This document shows, piece by piece, positions 19,694 to 28,912 of a stretch of DNA of 57,786 bases (position 1 is the first letter of the stretch; each line of letters begins with the position of its first letter). The DNA lies in IMG/VR virus record IMGVR_UViG_3300020045_013637, positions 1 to 57,786 of that record. One strand, 5' to 3'. The notes under the pieces were generated by a model. It saw nothing but the letters and a program-made list of their open reading frames with translations, made no database searches and had not been told where the DNA came from. The stretch is from a virus. Taxonomy: Duplodnaviria; Caudoviricetes. The position numbers were made by a program, and so were the translations under genes.

Positions 19694-20145
19694 TCTGTCC
19701 AAAGTCCCAAACCTTTTTTCTCAAGCATGGGGATACCATCAAACAAATGGCGATTGAGGGCATCTAGTTGCCAGTCTAGAGAACGTGCGCTTTTATCATC
19801 ATAGAGCATTTCAACGCGTCTTTGAGACTGATCTGATTGGCAGAATTGTTTAAAGGCTGTTGGTAATAATTGATTTGCTTGATTTTCTAGTTCCCATCGT
19901 ACGGGAGCCCATACATGAGGACTTATTCTAAGACTTAATAAAAATTGACCTTTAAGATTGTCATGCTTGCAACAGACATGGTTGTGATGCATGAAGTCAG
20001 ACAATATCATATGCTCATGGGTAATCTTAATAAGTTCAGGGAGGGTATTGTGGTAATCTTCAACAGTTAGCATTAAAAAACCAATCAGAAAGATACTTTG
20101 GATGATGCGTGTGTGGATGACAGTACACCAGTAGTAATCATCCAC
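19690..20145 (-). CDS. Hypothetical protein
   Basis: ORF; start uncertain. Confidence 0.45.
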   Translation of the reverse strand: MDDYYWCTVIHTRIIQSIFLIGFLMLTVEDYHNTLPELIKITHEHMILSDFMHHNHVCCKHDNLKGQFLLSLRISPHVWAPVRWELENQANQLLPTAFKQFCQSDQSQRRVEMLYDDKSARSLDWQLDALNRHLFDGIPMLEKKGLGLWTE

Positions 20146-20572
20146 ACGTTGACTTTTTGAGTTTTATCTACACTACCGAAGTGATTCCCGGGTACTTTTA
20201 ACAATGCTCAAAACGTCATTATTAAGTGTGATTAATTGCTAAACGGCTGTCAACCATAAAACTTAAAAAGGACGGGTTCCGGTTCTTCTATGATGAGGGG
20301 GAAGGGGATGTTTTTTGCGTGTTCTGTGTGCTAAAATAATAGGAATGACAATAAAGGAGATGGTGAGAATGCTTATGATTCCTATTAATTGAATATTAGG
20401 GTAAGCCATAAAAACGCTAAATCCCGACATTGAAAGATTATAAAGGTCAGAACGAGAATAGTTATCAAGAGATTTTACCATATCAATTTCCACTGGTAAG
20501 AACGATATAGGGTATCTTTTAGACTTGTAGAATATGGATGTCAATAGGTTAAAATAAGTTAAGGGGATAAGG

Positions 20573-20812
20573 ATGGAATTAATGACGGATGCAGAATTAC
20601 GTGCTCGCGCTTTAGAATTAGCCATTAAGCATAAAAGAAATGGATTAGGAGCGATTCATGTACCACTCATGAAAATCACAGAACAATTTTATGCTTTTCT
20701 AAAGGGAGAAAAATCTATAGATGATTTAATAAAAGAGGAAGAAGCGAAGACGAAAGCTCAATATGAGAATGCACCAAGATTTCCATATGGGAATCGTATA
20801 GTATCGGTGTAA
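20573..20812 (+). CDS. Hypothetical small protein
   Basis: RBS present; RARALELA...FYAFL helical motif. Confidence 0.55.
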   Translation: MELMTDAELRARALELAIKHKRNGLGAIHVPLMKITEQFYAFLKGEKSIDDLIKEEEAKTKAQYENAPRFPYGNRIVSV

Positions 20813-20813
20813 T

Positions 20814-21137
20814 TTATTTTTCTTCCGGGTCGGGGGTGTTTTTCCTAATTCTATGTATGGTTTCTACTCCGGCATGGACAAAGGCATTTACCGCCCCAAC
20901 TGTAATGCCTGCAGTGGGATCTACCAGCAATAGGGCTGGAGATATAGATCTTACTGCTGTCTCTATGACTGTTGCGGCATCATCAATTTGAATGATCGTT
21001 GATTTTTTACAGCCGCAACAATTGGTAGGATAAATCTTTTGGTGTTTTGGTGTTGGTTTCTGAGTCTCTATAGGTTCCGTCGCGATACCGATTGAGACCA
21101 AAGTTACCATAAAAAAGAGGACTGTAATATTAAGCAT
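20814..21137 (-). CDS. Putative secreted or membrane protein
   Basis: GGAG RBS; signal-peptide-like N-terminus MLNITVLFFMVTLVSIGIA; CCGC motif. Confidence 0.6.
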   Translation of the reverse strand: MLNITVLFFMVTLVSIGIATEPIETQKPTPKHQKIYPTNCCGCKKSTIIQIDDAATVIETAVRSISPALLLVDPTAGITVGAVNAFVHAGVETIHRIRKNTPDPEEK

Positions 21138-21191
21138 AATAATTACTCCTTAGAATAAGTTTTATTATGCGCTTAAATAAAATAGAAAACA

Positions 21192-22079
21192 ATGACAACG
21201 AAATACAAATTTATCGATTTATTCGCAGGTATAGGAGGTTTTCACTATGCTTTTCATGAACTTGGAGCAGAATGTGTTTTTGCATCCGAAATAGACCCTT
21301 TTGCTCGTAAAAGTTACGAGCATAACTTAAAAAACATATCACCTAAGTTATTTTCTTCTAACAAGTTCAATGATGATATTTTAAAAATTGCCTATGATGT
21401 TATAGATAAAGAAATCCCTGATTTTGATATTCTATGTGCGGGATTTCCATGCCAACCGTTCAGTCAGGCAGGATTTAAGCGCGGTTTTAAAGAAGAAAAA
21501 GACTCTCGAGGGAATATGTTTTTTAAAATACGAGATATAATAAAGACTAAAAAACCTAAAGCCATATTTCTTGAAAATGTTAGGCACATTCTAAAACATG
21601 ATGACGGTAAAACATTTACAATTATAAGAGATATTATAGAGGACGAATTAGGCTACGATTTTCACTACGAAATAGTAAAAGCTTCTGATTTTGGCCTCCC
21701 ACAGCATAGGCCTAGGCTTTTTATGATAGGATTTAGAAAAGATAGTAAATATAAAATTCCCTTCCAACTCCCTGAAAAAATGCCTTTAAAAATGACGATG
21801 TCCGACTTATTTGGCGGTATTTGCAATAAAAAGATAGGTTATACCCTAAGAGTTGGGGGCAGAGGTTCAGGACTGAATGACAGAAGAAACTGGGATTCTT
21901 ATTTGGTCAATAACGGACATGTGCGCTTAACTTCTAAAGAGGGGCTTATAATGCAAGGATTCCCAAAGGATTTTATATTTCCCGTGTCAGAGACACAAGC
22001 TATGAAACAGCTTGGAAATAGTGTTGCCGTTAATGCTGTAAAAGCCTATGGTAACGCTATTATAGAGAGGCTCTCTTAA
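21192..22079 (+). CDS. DNA (cytosine-5) methyltransferase, orphan
   Basis: Motifs FIDLFAGIGG, GFPCQPFS, ENV, PQHRPR and LGNSV. Confidence 0.96.
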   Translation: MTTKYKFIDLFAGIGGFHYAFHELGAECVFASEIDPFARKSYEHNLKNISPKLFSSNKFNDDILKIAYDVIDKEIPDFDILCAGFPCQPFSQAGFKRGFKEEKDSRGNMFFKIRDIIKTKKPKAIFLENVRHILKHDDGKTFTIIRDIIEDELGYDFHYEIVKASDFGLPQHRPRLFMIGFRKDSKYKIPFQLPEKMPLKMTMSDLFGGICNKKIGYTLRVGGRGSGLNDRRNWDSYLVNNGHVRLTSKEGLIMQGFPKDFIFPVSETQAMKQLGNSVAVNAVKAYGNAIIERLS

Positions 22080-22094
22080 TCCTCAATTGAAAGA

Positions 22095-22382
22095 TTAACC
22101 CAATTCCCCACGTTGATAAACAATTTCATAATTGCAGCCAATACGTGCTATGGCATTTTGTCTTTTATTAATTTTTTTTCGAATAAAGTCTTGAGCATCT
22201 TCTTGCGTGTCAAAACTATGGGCTACTTGTTTACCCGTTGTGTTGCATCTCCCCCACCCGACAAGGACAATAAATGTATTAAATAATCCTTTATCGAGAA
22301 TTATTTCGTAGGTTCTGTTAACATTTTTTTTGTGATTTATTGCTTGGAGTTTAACGTAGAAGGATTTATTTTTGCTACTCAT
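22095..22382 (-). CDS. WGR-domain protein
   Basis: NRTYEI...LFNTFIVLVGWGR...K.RIG..Y. Confidence 0.85.
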   Translation of the reverse strand: MSSKNKSFYVKLQAINHKKNVNRTYEIILDKGLFNTFIVLVGWGRCNTTGKQVAHSFDTQEDAQDFIRKKINKRQNAIARIGCNYEIVYQRGELG

Positions 22383-22494
22383 ATAATATTGTATTTAAAC
22401 TGAAACGTTTGAGATTTATAACATGCAAAATAAAAACAAACAAGAGTTGAATGACTCGGAACAATTTGGACAAATGAGGAATATGGTTATCCAT

Positions 22495-23064
22495 TTAATA
22501 TGCTCTTTTTTCTGTCGACAGTTTTGTGAAATAGTTTTTAATGTCTTCATTATTAATTTCTTTTCCTCTTACAATACATTCGGCTTCTGCCTTCTTTTTC
22601 GCCTTTCTCCAGGGATTATCAATATCTTGGACATGAGTCATTCCTGAGAGTCGTAATGCAGTTAGAGGAAAATATGTCTCCCATACTTTATCTAACAGAT
22701 TTTTGATTTTCTCATCAGTTGATGGAATTGATTTGATCTCGGTTTCAACATTAATCAGATCCGCTGATACCACAAGCTCTTTCATTAAATGATTTTTGGG
22801 GATTGGATTTGTGACAAATCCTTTAAACTCATGGTAAACAGAGGCGCATACAGGCCCATACTCCCATGATTGAAAAGGCTCGTTAATAAGTGGCACAACC
22901 CTAGTGTCTTGATTGTAAAAAGCCATATACCACCCATTCGCAAAATATAATAATTTTTGCAAATGCATTGGTGTAAGAGGCCGTTTTTCAGTCCAAGATT
23001 TTTCTAAAAAATAATTGGCAACTGCTCCGGGACTATAATTTTTAAACTCTTTTGGTTCTGTCAT
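22495..23064 (-). CDS. Panacea (DUF4065 / SocA-like) antitoxin-domain protein
   Basis: AVANYFL, LTPMHLQKLLYFANG, EPFQSWEYGPV, LSGMTH...PW, IKNYF. Confidence 0.9.
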   Translation of the reverse strand: MTEPKEFKNYSPGAVANYFLEKSWTEKRPLTPMHLQKLLYFANGWYMAFYNQDTRVVPLINEPFQSWEYGPVCASVYHEFKGFVTNPIPKNHLMKELVVSADLINVETEIKSIPSTDEKIKNLLDKVWETYFPLTALRLSGMTHVQDIDNPWRKAKKKAEAECIVRGKEINNEDIKNYFTKLSTEKRAY

Positions 23065-23303
23065 AGTTTTAGTTAGCTTAGGTTTTACAGCCTTCTCGGT
23101 TAATCTTATTATAGCAGCTCAAAACGCCGAATAACGAAAACAAAAATATCTCTAGAATTTAACGCCAACAAGGCTTCCAATTCCATCAAAAAACCTTAAA
23201 ATTGTTGTACGGGCGGGTAGTGGGGCAGTTTGAAAAAATAAATAGTTTGTAGTTTGTAGAATATATGTTTACATAAAACAAATTAATTTAAAAGACTGAT
23301 AAC

Positions 23304-23531
23304 ATGGCTATTCAAAAATTGAGAAGACCGAAAGATCCTTTAGAACTTGCAAAGCTCATAGGTGATATTGCTATAGGTGAAATTCTTGATGAAGAAATTA
23401 ATATCAAAGATGAAAAAGCCGTAAGTTCTGGTAGCAAGGGGGGCAAAAACAGAGCGAAAAATTTAACCCCAGAAAGACGGAGCGAAATAGCTCAACAAGG
23501 AGCTAGAACTAGATGGGAAAATCAAGATTAA
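23304..23531 (+). CDS. Small basic KGG-motif protein (IS passenger type)
   Basis: RPKDPLELAKLIGDIA...GSKGGKNRAKNLTPERRSEIAQQGARTRW. Confidence 0.8.
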   Translation: MAIQKLRRPKDPLELAKLIGDIAIGEILDEEINIKDEKAVSSGSKGGKNRAKNLTPERRSEIAQQGARTRWENQD

Positions 23532-23929
23532 ATACTTTTCCATTTACCATTTTCACGAGAAACTTTACCTTTTTTTTCCAATTGTGAGAGAATAGACCTA
23601 ACCATTCTAGGAAAATCTTTTGAGGCCGTTTGAATTCCTTGATTTAAAAGGGCTTTTGCTATTTCTGATACATTCCATTCTTCTTTAGTATCTACAAGAT
23701 AATCTAATACGAATGTGAAAGTTGTTTTGGGAGTTTTATTCTTCAATATCTCACTTTTCAAATTTTCTTTACTATTATCATCTAAAGAAAATTGTTTTTT
23801 AACTGAAATAATTAAATCACCTAATGTTTTATATTCTTTTTCTAATTTAATAAGAAATTCAATTGAATCTTCTTTTGCTATAGACATAGTCATTTCTCCT
23901 TGATATAAAAGCAGAGAGAAAAAAGACAT
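23528..23929 (-). CDS. Coiled-coil plus winged-helix protein (IS passenger)
   Basis: VSEIAKALL...MVRSILSQLEKKGKVSRENGKW. Confidence 0.65.
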   Translation of the reverse strand: MSFFSLLLYQGEMTMSIAKEDSIEFLIKLEKEYKTLGDLIISVKKQFSLDDNSKENLKSEILKNKTPKTTFTFVLDYLVDTKEEWNVSEIAKALLNQGIQTASKDFPRMVRSILSQLEKKGKVSRENGKWKSI

Positions 23930-24349
23930 AATTCTTCCTTCTCTTAGAGGATTAACACAAAGGTTAATTAACGGTAACTCTTAAGCTTTCACCTGTTGCT
24001 TACTAATACCGATTAAACTCTTCTCATAATGTTACTCCTTATCTTTGTAATAGGCTTCCTGCATAAACTTCTCGGTTAATCAGGGGGAAAAGAAAAATAA
24101 TTCAAACTGACCCACTACCTACGGGCGAGGTGGTTGGCTTTTAGAAAAGGTCTTTATCCTCACCAAAAAATACCCTGTAAAGCCTATTTGATTTTCTAAT
24201 TCAGTGTAATAATTGAACGAGATATAGTTATGCAGACAGTCCATTTCCTCCGGAGGCAGTTGTCCGGAAAATCCGGAGTACTTAACAATCGTGGCATAGA
24301 ACAGTTTTTAACCATTCCTATTTGATCTCTTCAGTACAATAGAAACATT

Positions 24350-24751
24350 TCACGTGTTCTCTATTCCTTCCTTGGGGTAGTTAATAATAATATTGGATAA
24401 CTGAATAAGGGGATTGCTCATAAAATTATCAAGCCATAGTCTAATATCTTGAGGTTCAAATTTATGAAGCGCAAGCGGAATTGTTTCTGTTTGTTTAAAA
24501 CTCTGAGCTGCCTTTTTACGTTTTCTAAAACTTACAATGGCTTTAATGATAACACAATCACGTTCTTTAATGTATCTTTGGGCTTTATCGAGGATGTGTT
24601 TCATCTGATGAACACAGAGAGTAGTTAATAGGTCTTTTTTCTCAAACTGGTGTTCGTCAAAATCAATATGATCGAAGATCACAAACCTCTCCTTCGGTTT
24701 TGATAGTAAAATAACAATTTCAGCACGATAGGGCATTTCATGGATCATCAT
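24350..24751 (-). CDS. Hypothetical protein
   Basis: ORF coupled to the upstream gene. Confidence 0.5.
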   Translation of the reverse strand: MMIHEMPYRAEIVILLSKPKERFVIFDHIDFDEHQFEKKDLLTTLCVHQMKHILDKAQRYIKERDCVIIKAIVSFRKRKKAAQSFKQTETIPLALHKFEPQDIRLWLDNFMSNPLIQLSNIIINYPKEGIENT

Positions 24752-24957
24752 AATTTCTCTTTTTTATAGAGGTCATAGTAAAAACCTACTCTGCAAAGTG
24801 CAAATATAAACCCCCACCAGAGTAGGCCACGCAAGAATGAATGCGGCGGTAATCCCAATAAAAACGGCCTAAGACTAAAACATTCAAATAGAAGGGCTAG
24901 GGTAGCCGCAACAATTGCGCCAGGATCATAAATGAATTCTTCGATATTATTTTTCAT
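24748..24957 (-). CDS. Small membrane protein (2 TM)
   Basis: Two hydrophobic segments and a basic C-terminus. Confidence 0.5.
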   Translation of the reverse strand: MKNNIEEFIYDPGAIVAATLALLFECFSLRPFLLGLPPHSFLRGLLWWGFIFALCRVGFYYDLYKKEKL

Positions 24958-25365
24958 GATGTGATAAAAATATCTTGTTTTTCGGAATTTAATGAATCAA
25001 GATAGCTCGTTACTGTGAATTTCAAAAGGGCTACCTTTTAAAAAAGCAGCCCTTAGAAATTCTTTTTATTAATCCACTCGATATGTCCTGCAAGAATATC
25101 GAGAAACCCGCTATTTAATAGCGGAAATTCCAACCACGGAAATTAAGATGAAGATAGTCCAAATAGACCCAACGGTCAACCCAAAAAATAAAAAAACAAT
25201 TAAGAATGATATCGTCCCTCAATCTGTATCACAGAATGAGCGTGTTTTTTTATTTCCAATTCTTCAAATTCACAATTGTACGAATCAAAAATTTAAAAAG
25301 AACACAGAGAATTTGCACAAACAAATTCGTTCTGATCTTGATGATTTCATTTAAGGATAGACACA

Positions 25366-25674
25366 ATGGCTCTTACTTTAAAACATTCCCCCTCTAAACT
25401 ATCCTGGCGCACTCAAAAGCTATTTGATCAGCTTCTAGAGTGGCCTCCCACTCGTGAAATGTCGCTTGATACAATCAGAAAGTATTTTACGTACTTCAAT
25501 GAAGAAGTATCAGACCCGTATATACGGGAGAAAAACCTACGGGTTCTTCTTGATACGATACAAGAACTTATTGATCAACATATGTTGATCCTCGAGCCTT
25601 TGAACCAAACGCGCCCGGAATCACCTAGATATAGAATTAACCCTAGTTTGAAAGGCTCGCGTCATGTCGGATAA
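25366..25674 (+). CDS. Hypothetical DNA-binding protein
   Basis: First gene of the rightward replication operon; AAGGA RBS. Confidence 0.5.
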   Translation: MALTLKHSPSKLSWRTQKLFDQLLEWPPTREMSLDTIRKYFTYFNEEVSDPYIREKNLRVLLDTIQELIDQHMLILEPLNQTRPESPRYRINPSLKGSRHVG

Positions 25675-26017
25675 AATTAGAGAGCAACTTGCAGCGTTTG
25701 TTGAATGTGAACCCCCTATCATTATGTATCCGGCTCTTAACGAGATGACAGGGTCTTTAAATACGTCCTATCTTCTTTCTTATTTAATGCAACGTTTTAG
25801 AGAGAGCAGAGGGGAACCTTTTCACACGAATGACAAAGAAATGATGATCCGTTTAGGTTTTACTCAAGCTCAAATTACCTACGCAAAGAATAAACTCAAA
25901 AGGAAAAGTCTTATTTCTATAAAGCGAGTAGGACTACCGCCCAAGTCTTTCTACACCGTCAACCACGAAAAAATCGACGCGTTTATTAATTCTATTAACG
26001 AAGGAGGGAATGAATAA
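25664..26017 (+). CDS. Winged-helix replication-region protein (paralog 1)
   Basis: PIIMYPAL..MTGSLNTSYLLSYL...KRVGLPPKSFYTVN. Confidence 0.65.
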   Translation: MSDKIREQLAAFVECEPPIIMYPALNEMTGSLNTSYLLSYLMQRFRESRGEPFHTNDKEMMIRLGFTQAQITYAKNKLKRKSLISIKRVGLPPKSFYTVNHEKIDAFINSINEGGNE

Positions 26018-26355
26018 TGAGTATTAAAGTTTTTAGAGAATTGAATGAGAACCCTATTATTGTATTTCCAATATATGTCCGTATTAGCGGCTCAATTAAT
26101 GCAGCTTATCTACTGAGTCAATTAATGTATTGGTGGCAGTGTGAAAACTATCTTTCTATGGGGAGGACGGATCGTGACTGGATGGATGTATTAATAATGA
26201 CGCATGAGGAATTTATCAACGCAACTAAGATATTAGAGGAAAAGGGATTTATTACAGTCAGGAGAAACGAACACACGGTCACCTCTTGTTACAGTCCCAA
26301 TGATGAAAAAATATATACTGCGATTAAATCCTTTAACAAAGGAGGTCAAGTGTAA
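26017..26355 (+). CDS. Winged-helix replication-region protein (paralog 2)
   Basis: PIIVFPIY..ISGSINAAYLLSQLMYW, similar to the preceding gene. Confidence 0.65.
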   Translation: MSIKVFRELNENPIIVFPIYVRISGSINAAYLLSQLMYWWQCENYLSMGRTDRDWMDVLIMTHEEFINATKILEEKGFITVRRNEHTVTSCYSPNDEKIYTAIKSFNKGGQV

Positions 26356-27539
26356 TGATCATACGTGTAAGCAAGAAAGAAAATCCTTACGTCACTATAA
26401 GCAAGACTTGCTCTAATGACATTCGTTTATCCTGGAAAGCAAAAGGATTGCACACCTATATTTTGGGGCTACCTGATGATTTTAAAATCCATATTACCGA
26501 ATTACAAAAACATTCATCAGACGGTATAAAATCATTACGATCTGCGATTCAAGAATTAATAGATTTTGGTTATATGGATCGTATCCAGAAAAGAATGAAT
26601 ACCGGTACTTTTGGGGAGTGGGAAACGGCTGTATATGAACACCCAAAAGAGTCATCAAGTCACCCTCAAAATAGGGAAGCGGTTAGACATGACGAAAGTA
26701 AATTCGTCCGGGCTATTGACTCGGATGGCGTCATGACTCAATCCGCACCGCATACCCAAAAAGGCAATGCGGTTGGAAATGGCGGAAATACTCACTTTTC
26801 TGACTCGGATGGCGTCATGACTCAATCCGCACCGCATCGCCCTTTACGGCATCCCGTTAAAGGCATACTACTAATAAATAAAATACAACTAAAAGAAGAT
26901 GATATCAGCGTGACATCAGAAAAAATTTACAAAGATGAACAGCCGACAGCCAGTGCATTTTCGAAAGAACTGGGCTACATGGCTGATAGTTGGAATGAAA
27001 CAGCAGAGGAAACGGGGATAACTCCGGTTAATCTCGTTAGCCTTCCCGAGAAAACAAAAACTCTAGCCGTGCAATTCTGGCAACAGCACGCACAAGAGGG
27101 ATGGGATAACCTCTTGAGCATTATTCATGATTCCCCTTGGCTGGGGGGTAAAAATAAAGATAATTTCAAGGCTTGCTTTGGTTGGGTGCTAAATCCGACC
27201 AACACCGAGAAAATTATAAACGGGACTTATAAGAAATTTGATTACGCCAAGCCTATGACTTTTTCACCTGCTGAGCCTCTTACTGTTTCTCCTGGTGCAG
27301 GTTTGTTTCCTGTTCCTGATGGTTTCTTACAAGATTTTTTTCATACCGGTACTTCCCTCGTTTACTGGAATAGTCAAAGTGGGGGCTGGTATGATTCTGC
27401 GCAAAACGAGTGGATTGCTAGGGATAGAGATACCGATTGGGTGAAAGTTCAAAAGGAAATTAACGATACGATTCCTTTGGCGCAAATGCCACCTACACGC
27501 GTAAATGGGGTAGAAATGGATAATCTCATGCATATCTAA
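26355..27539 (+). CDS. Phage replication initiator protein
   Basis: N-terminal NPYVTI...LSWKAKGL...IQELIDFGY wHTH; internal repeats; C-terminal SPWLGGKN...FGWVL...KIINGTY. Confidence 0.8.
   Translation: MIIRVSKKENPYVTISKTCSNDIRLSWKAKGLHTYILGLPDDFKIHITELQKHSSDGIKSLRSAIQELIDFGYMDRIQKRMNTGTFGEWETAVYEHPKESSSHPQNREAVRHDESKFVRAIDSDGVMTQSAPHTQKGNAVGNGGNTHFSDSDGVMTQSAPHRPLRHPVKGILLINKIQLKEDDISVTSEKIYKDEQPTASAFSKELGYMADSWNETAEETGITPVNLVSLPEKTKTLAVQFWQQHAQEGWDNLLSIIHDSPWLGGKNKDNFKACFGWVLNPTNTEKIINGTYKKFDYAKPMTFSPAEPLTVSPGAGLFPVPDGFLQDFFHTGTSLVYWNSQSGGWYDSAQNEWIARDRDTDWVKVQKEINDTIPLAQMPPTRVNGVEMDNLMHI
26717..26837. repeat. 37-bp direct repeat inside the initiator gene; putative origin iterons
   Basis: TGACTCGGATGGCGTCATGACTCAATCCGCACCGCAT at 26717-26753 and 26801-26837. 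Confidence 0.85.
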
Positions 27540-27578
27540 TCAAAACCGCTGTACGGGCTTTAAAATGAGGTTACCGGA

Positions 27579-27884
27579 ATGAAAAATGAAAATGTAACTG
27601 TTAGACTGGACCCAAAGTTATTTTATGGGTTGAATCTTTTATGCAGAAAACAAAGAAGATCAATTTCTACGGTACTAACCTGGGTTTTTGAGAAAATGTT
27701 TGAATCTCCAAAAGACGGCCCGGTTGAAATAAATAGCAGTGGGAAGGTAGTTAATCTACTTGATCTGCTCTGGGATTCTGACCCCGGCAAACGACTGAAT
27801 CTTTTGGTTGCATTAAAACCTGAGCTTCTTACCTATGAAGAAGAAAAATATTTAAAGGATCTAAAAAAAAATGAAAACCAATAA
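27579..27884 (+). CDS. Ribbon-helix-helix-like DNA-binding protein
   Basis: VTVRLDPKL...RKQRRSIS. Confidence 0.65.
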   Translation: MKNENVTVRLDPKLFYGLNLLCRKQRRSISTVLTWVFEKMFESPKDGPVEINSSGKVVNLLDLLWDSDPGKRLNLLVALKPELLTYEEEKYLKDLKKNENQ

Positions 27885-28065
27885 ATTAGAGATTTGGCAA
27901 GAGGACTTTACCCCTTGTGTTAATTGCGGCTGGTATGAATGTCGATGTAATGGAAAACCCTTTATGCCTGTTGAAGCCAAGAAATATGTTGATCGTTACA
28001 GAAAGGCTAAAGTCTATAAGACCCGAACATCTCACAATCGGAGGATCTATGACCAAGGTGATTAA
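27871..28065 (+). CDS. Small Cys-containing protein
   Basis: CVNCGWYECRC; start duplicated at 28105. Confidence 0.55.
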   Translation: MKTNKLEIWQEDFTPCVNCGWYECRCNGKPFMPVEAKKYVDRYRKAKVYKTRTSHNRRIYDQGD

Positions 28066-28104
28066 CTTTAACGAAGAACTCCGAGCTAAACAGGCTGAGG
28101 TTAT

Positions 28105-28646
28105 ATGAAAACCAATAAACTTGAGATTTGGCAAGAGGATTTTACCCCTTGTGTTAATTGCGGTTGGTATGCGTGTTTTTGTAAAAACACGGATAAAGTT
28201 AAATTTTACCCCTCGAAAAAAAAAAGGAAATAATCCTTGAAGATTTTAACGGAAAACTATTTGAGGATTTTAAAACTGAAAAAACAGTACCCTTAAAAAA
28301 ACCTGATCCTAAAAATCAAGCTAGATATTTAAAAAATCGTGAAAAATATTTAGAGAGGGCAAAAAAAAACAATAAGGAAACATTGAGAAAAATTAGACTC
28401 GGTGAAGTAGATCCTGATTGGTTAGAAAAATGGCGTGTCCGTCGACGTAGTGCTTTAAAACGCTCTTATGCTAAGAATAAATATTCTGTATGCCAAAAAA
28501 GACAACAATATTACAAACAAAACAAAGAAGAAATAAACAAAAGAAGACGCCAACTATACCAAAAAAATAAAATCAAAATCAAACTGAGACGGATTGAACT
28601 TGAAATAATGAGAGAGGAAAATGTTAAAGAATGTCTAATGTTGTAG
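28105..28646 (+). CDS. Basic protein split by a frameshift at an A10 run (pseudogene or recoded)
   Basis: ORF from 28105 stops at 28231-28233; the -1 frame is open from the A10 run (28216-28225) through ORF 28383-28646. Confidence 0.6.
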
Positions 28647-28912
28647 ATTCTAAAAAAGAAAAGCGTGCAGCCTATCAACGTAAGTACAAAGAGAAAAACA
28701 AAGAGACTCTTGCAGCCTATTACCGCAAGTACAAAGAGAAAAACAAAGAGACTCTTGCAGCCTATCAACGTAAGTACAACGAGGAAAACAAAGAGACTCG
28801 TGCAGCCTATCAACGTAAGTACTACGAGAAAAACAAGGACCGGCTCAAAATAGTACGGATTCAGAAAGAAGAAGAAAAAGAGGGAATGTTAAAAAATGAC
28901 CAAGGTGATTAA
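28631..28912 (+). CDS. Basic protein with 15-aa tandem repeats
   Basis: 45-bp units starting at 28667, 28712, 28757 and 28802 (AAYQRKYKEKNKETL). Confidence 0.65.
   Translation: MSNVVDSKKEKRAAYQRKYKEKNKETLAAYYRKYKEKNKETLAAYQRKYNEENKETRAAYQRKYYEKNKDRLKIVRIQKEEEKEGMLKNDQGD

Larger units (their letters stand above)
23216..24119. mobile_element. Non-autonomous IS1-like element (904 bp) with two passenger genes
   Basis: TIRs GGTAGTGGG(G/T)CAGTTTGAA (18/19 match) and an 8-bp TSD TACGGGCG at 23208-23215 and 24120-24127; no transposase inside. Confidence 0.9.

Noticed and set aside
21192-22382. Complete restriction-modification system
   Set aside because: No endonuclease is adjacent; the neighbours are a convergent WGR gene and a divergent secreted-type protein
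23092-24081. 14-bp match CTTCTCGGTTAATC at 23092 and 24068
   Set aside because: Single short match with no supporting structure; cannot be separated from chance
24278-24353. Minus-strand CxxC...CxxC mini-ORF with an internal TAG (possible read-through)
   Set aside because: Too short, and no other sign of stop-codon reassignment; more likely a decayed fragment
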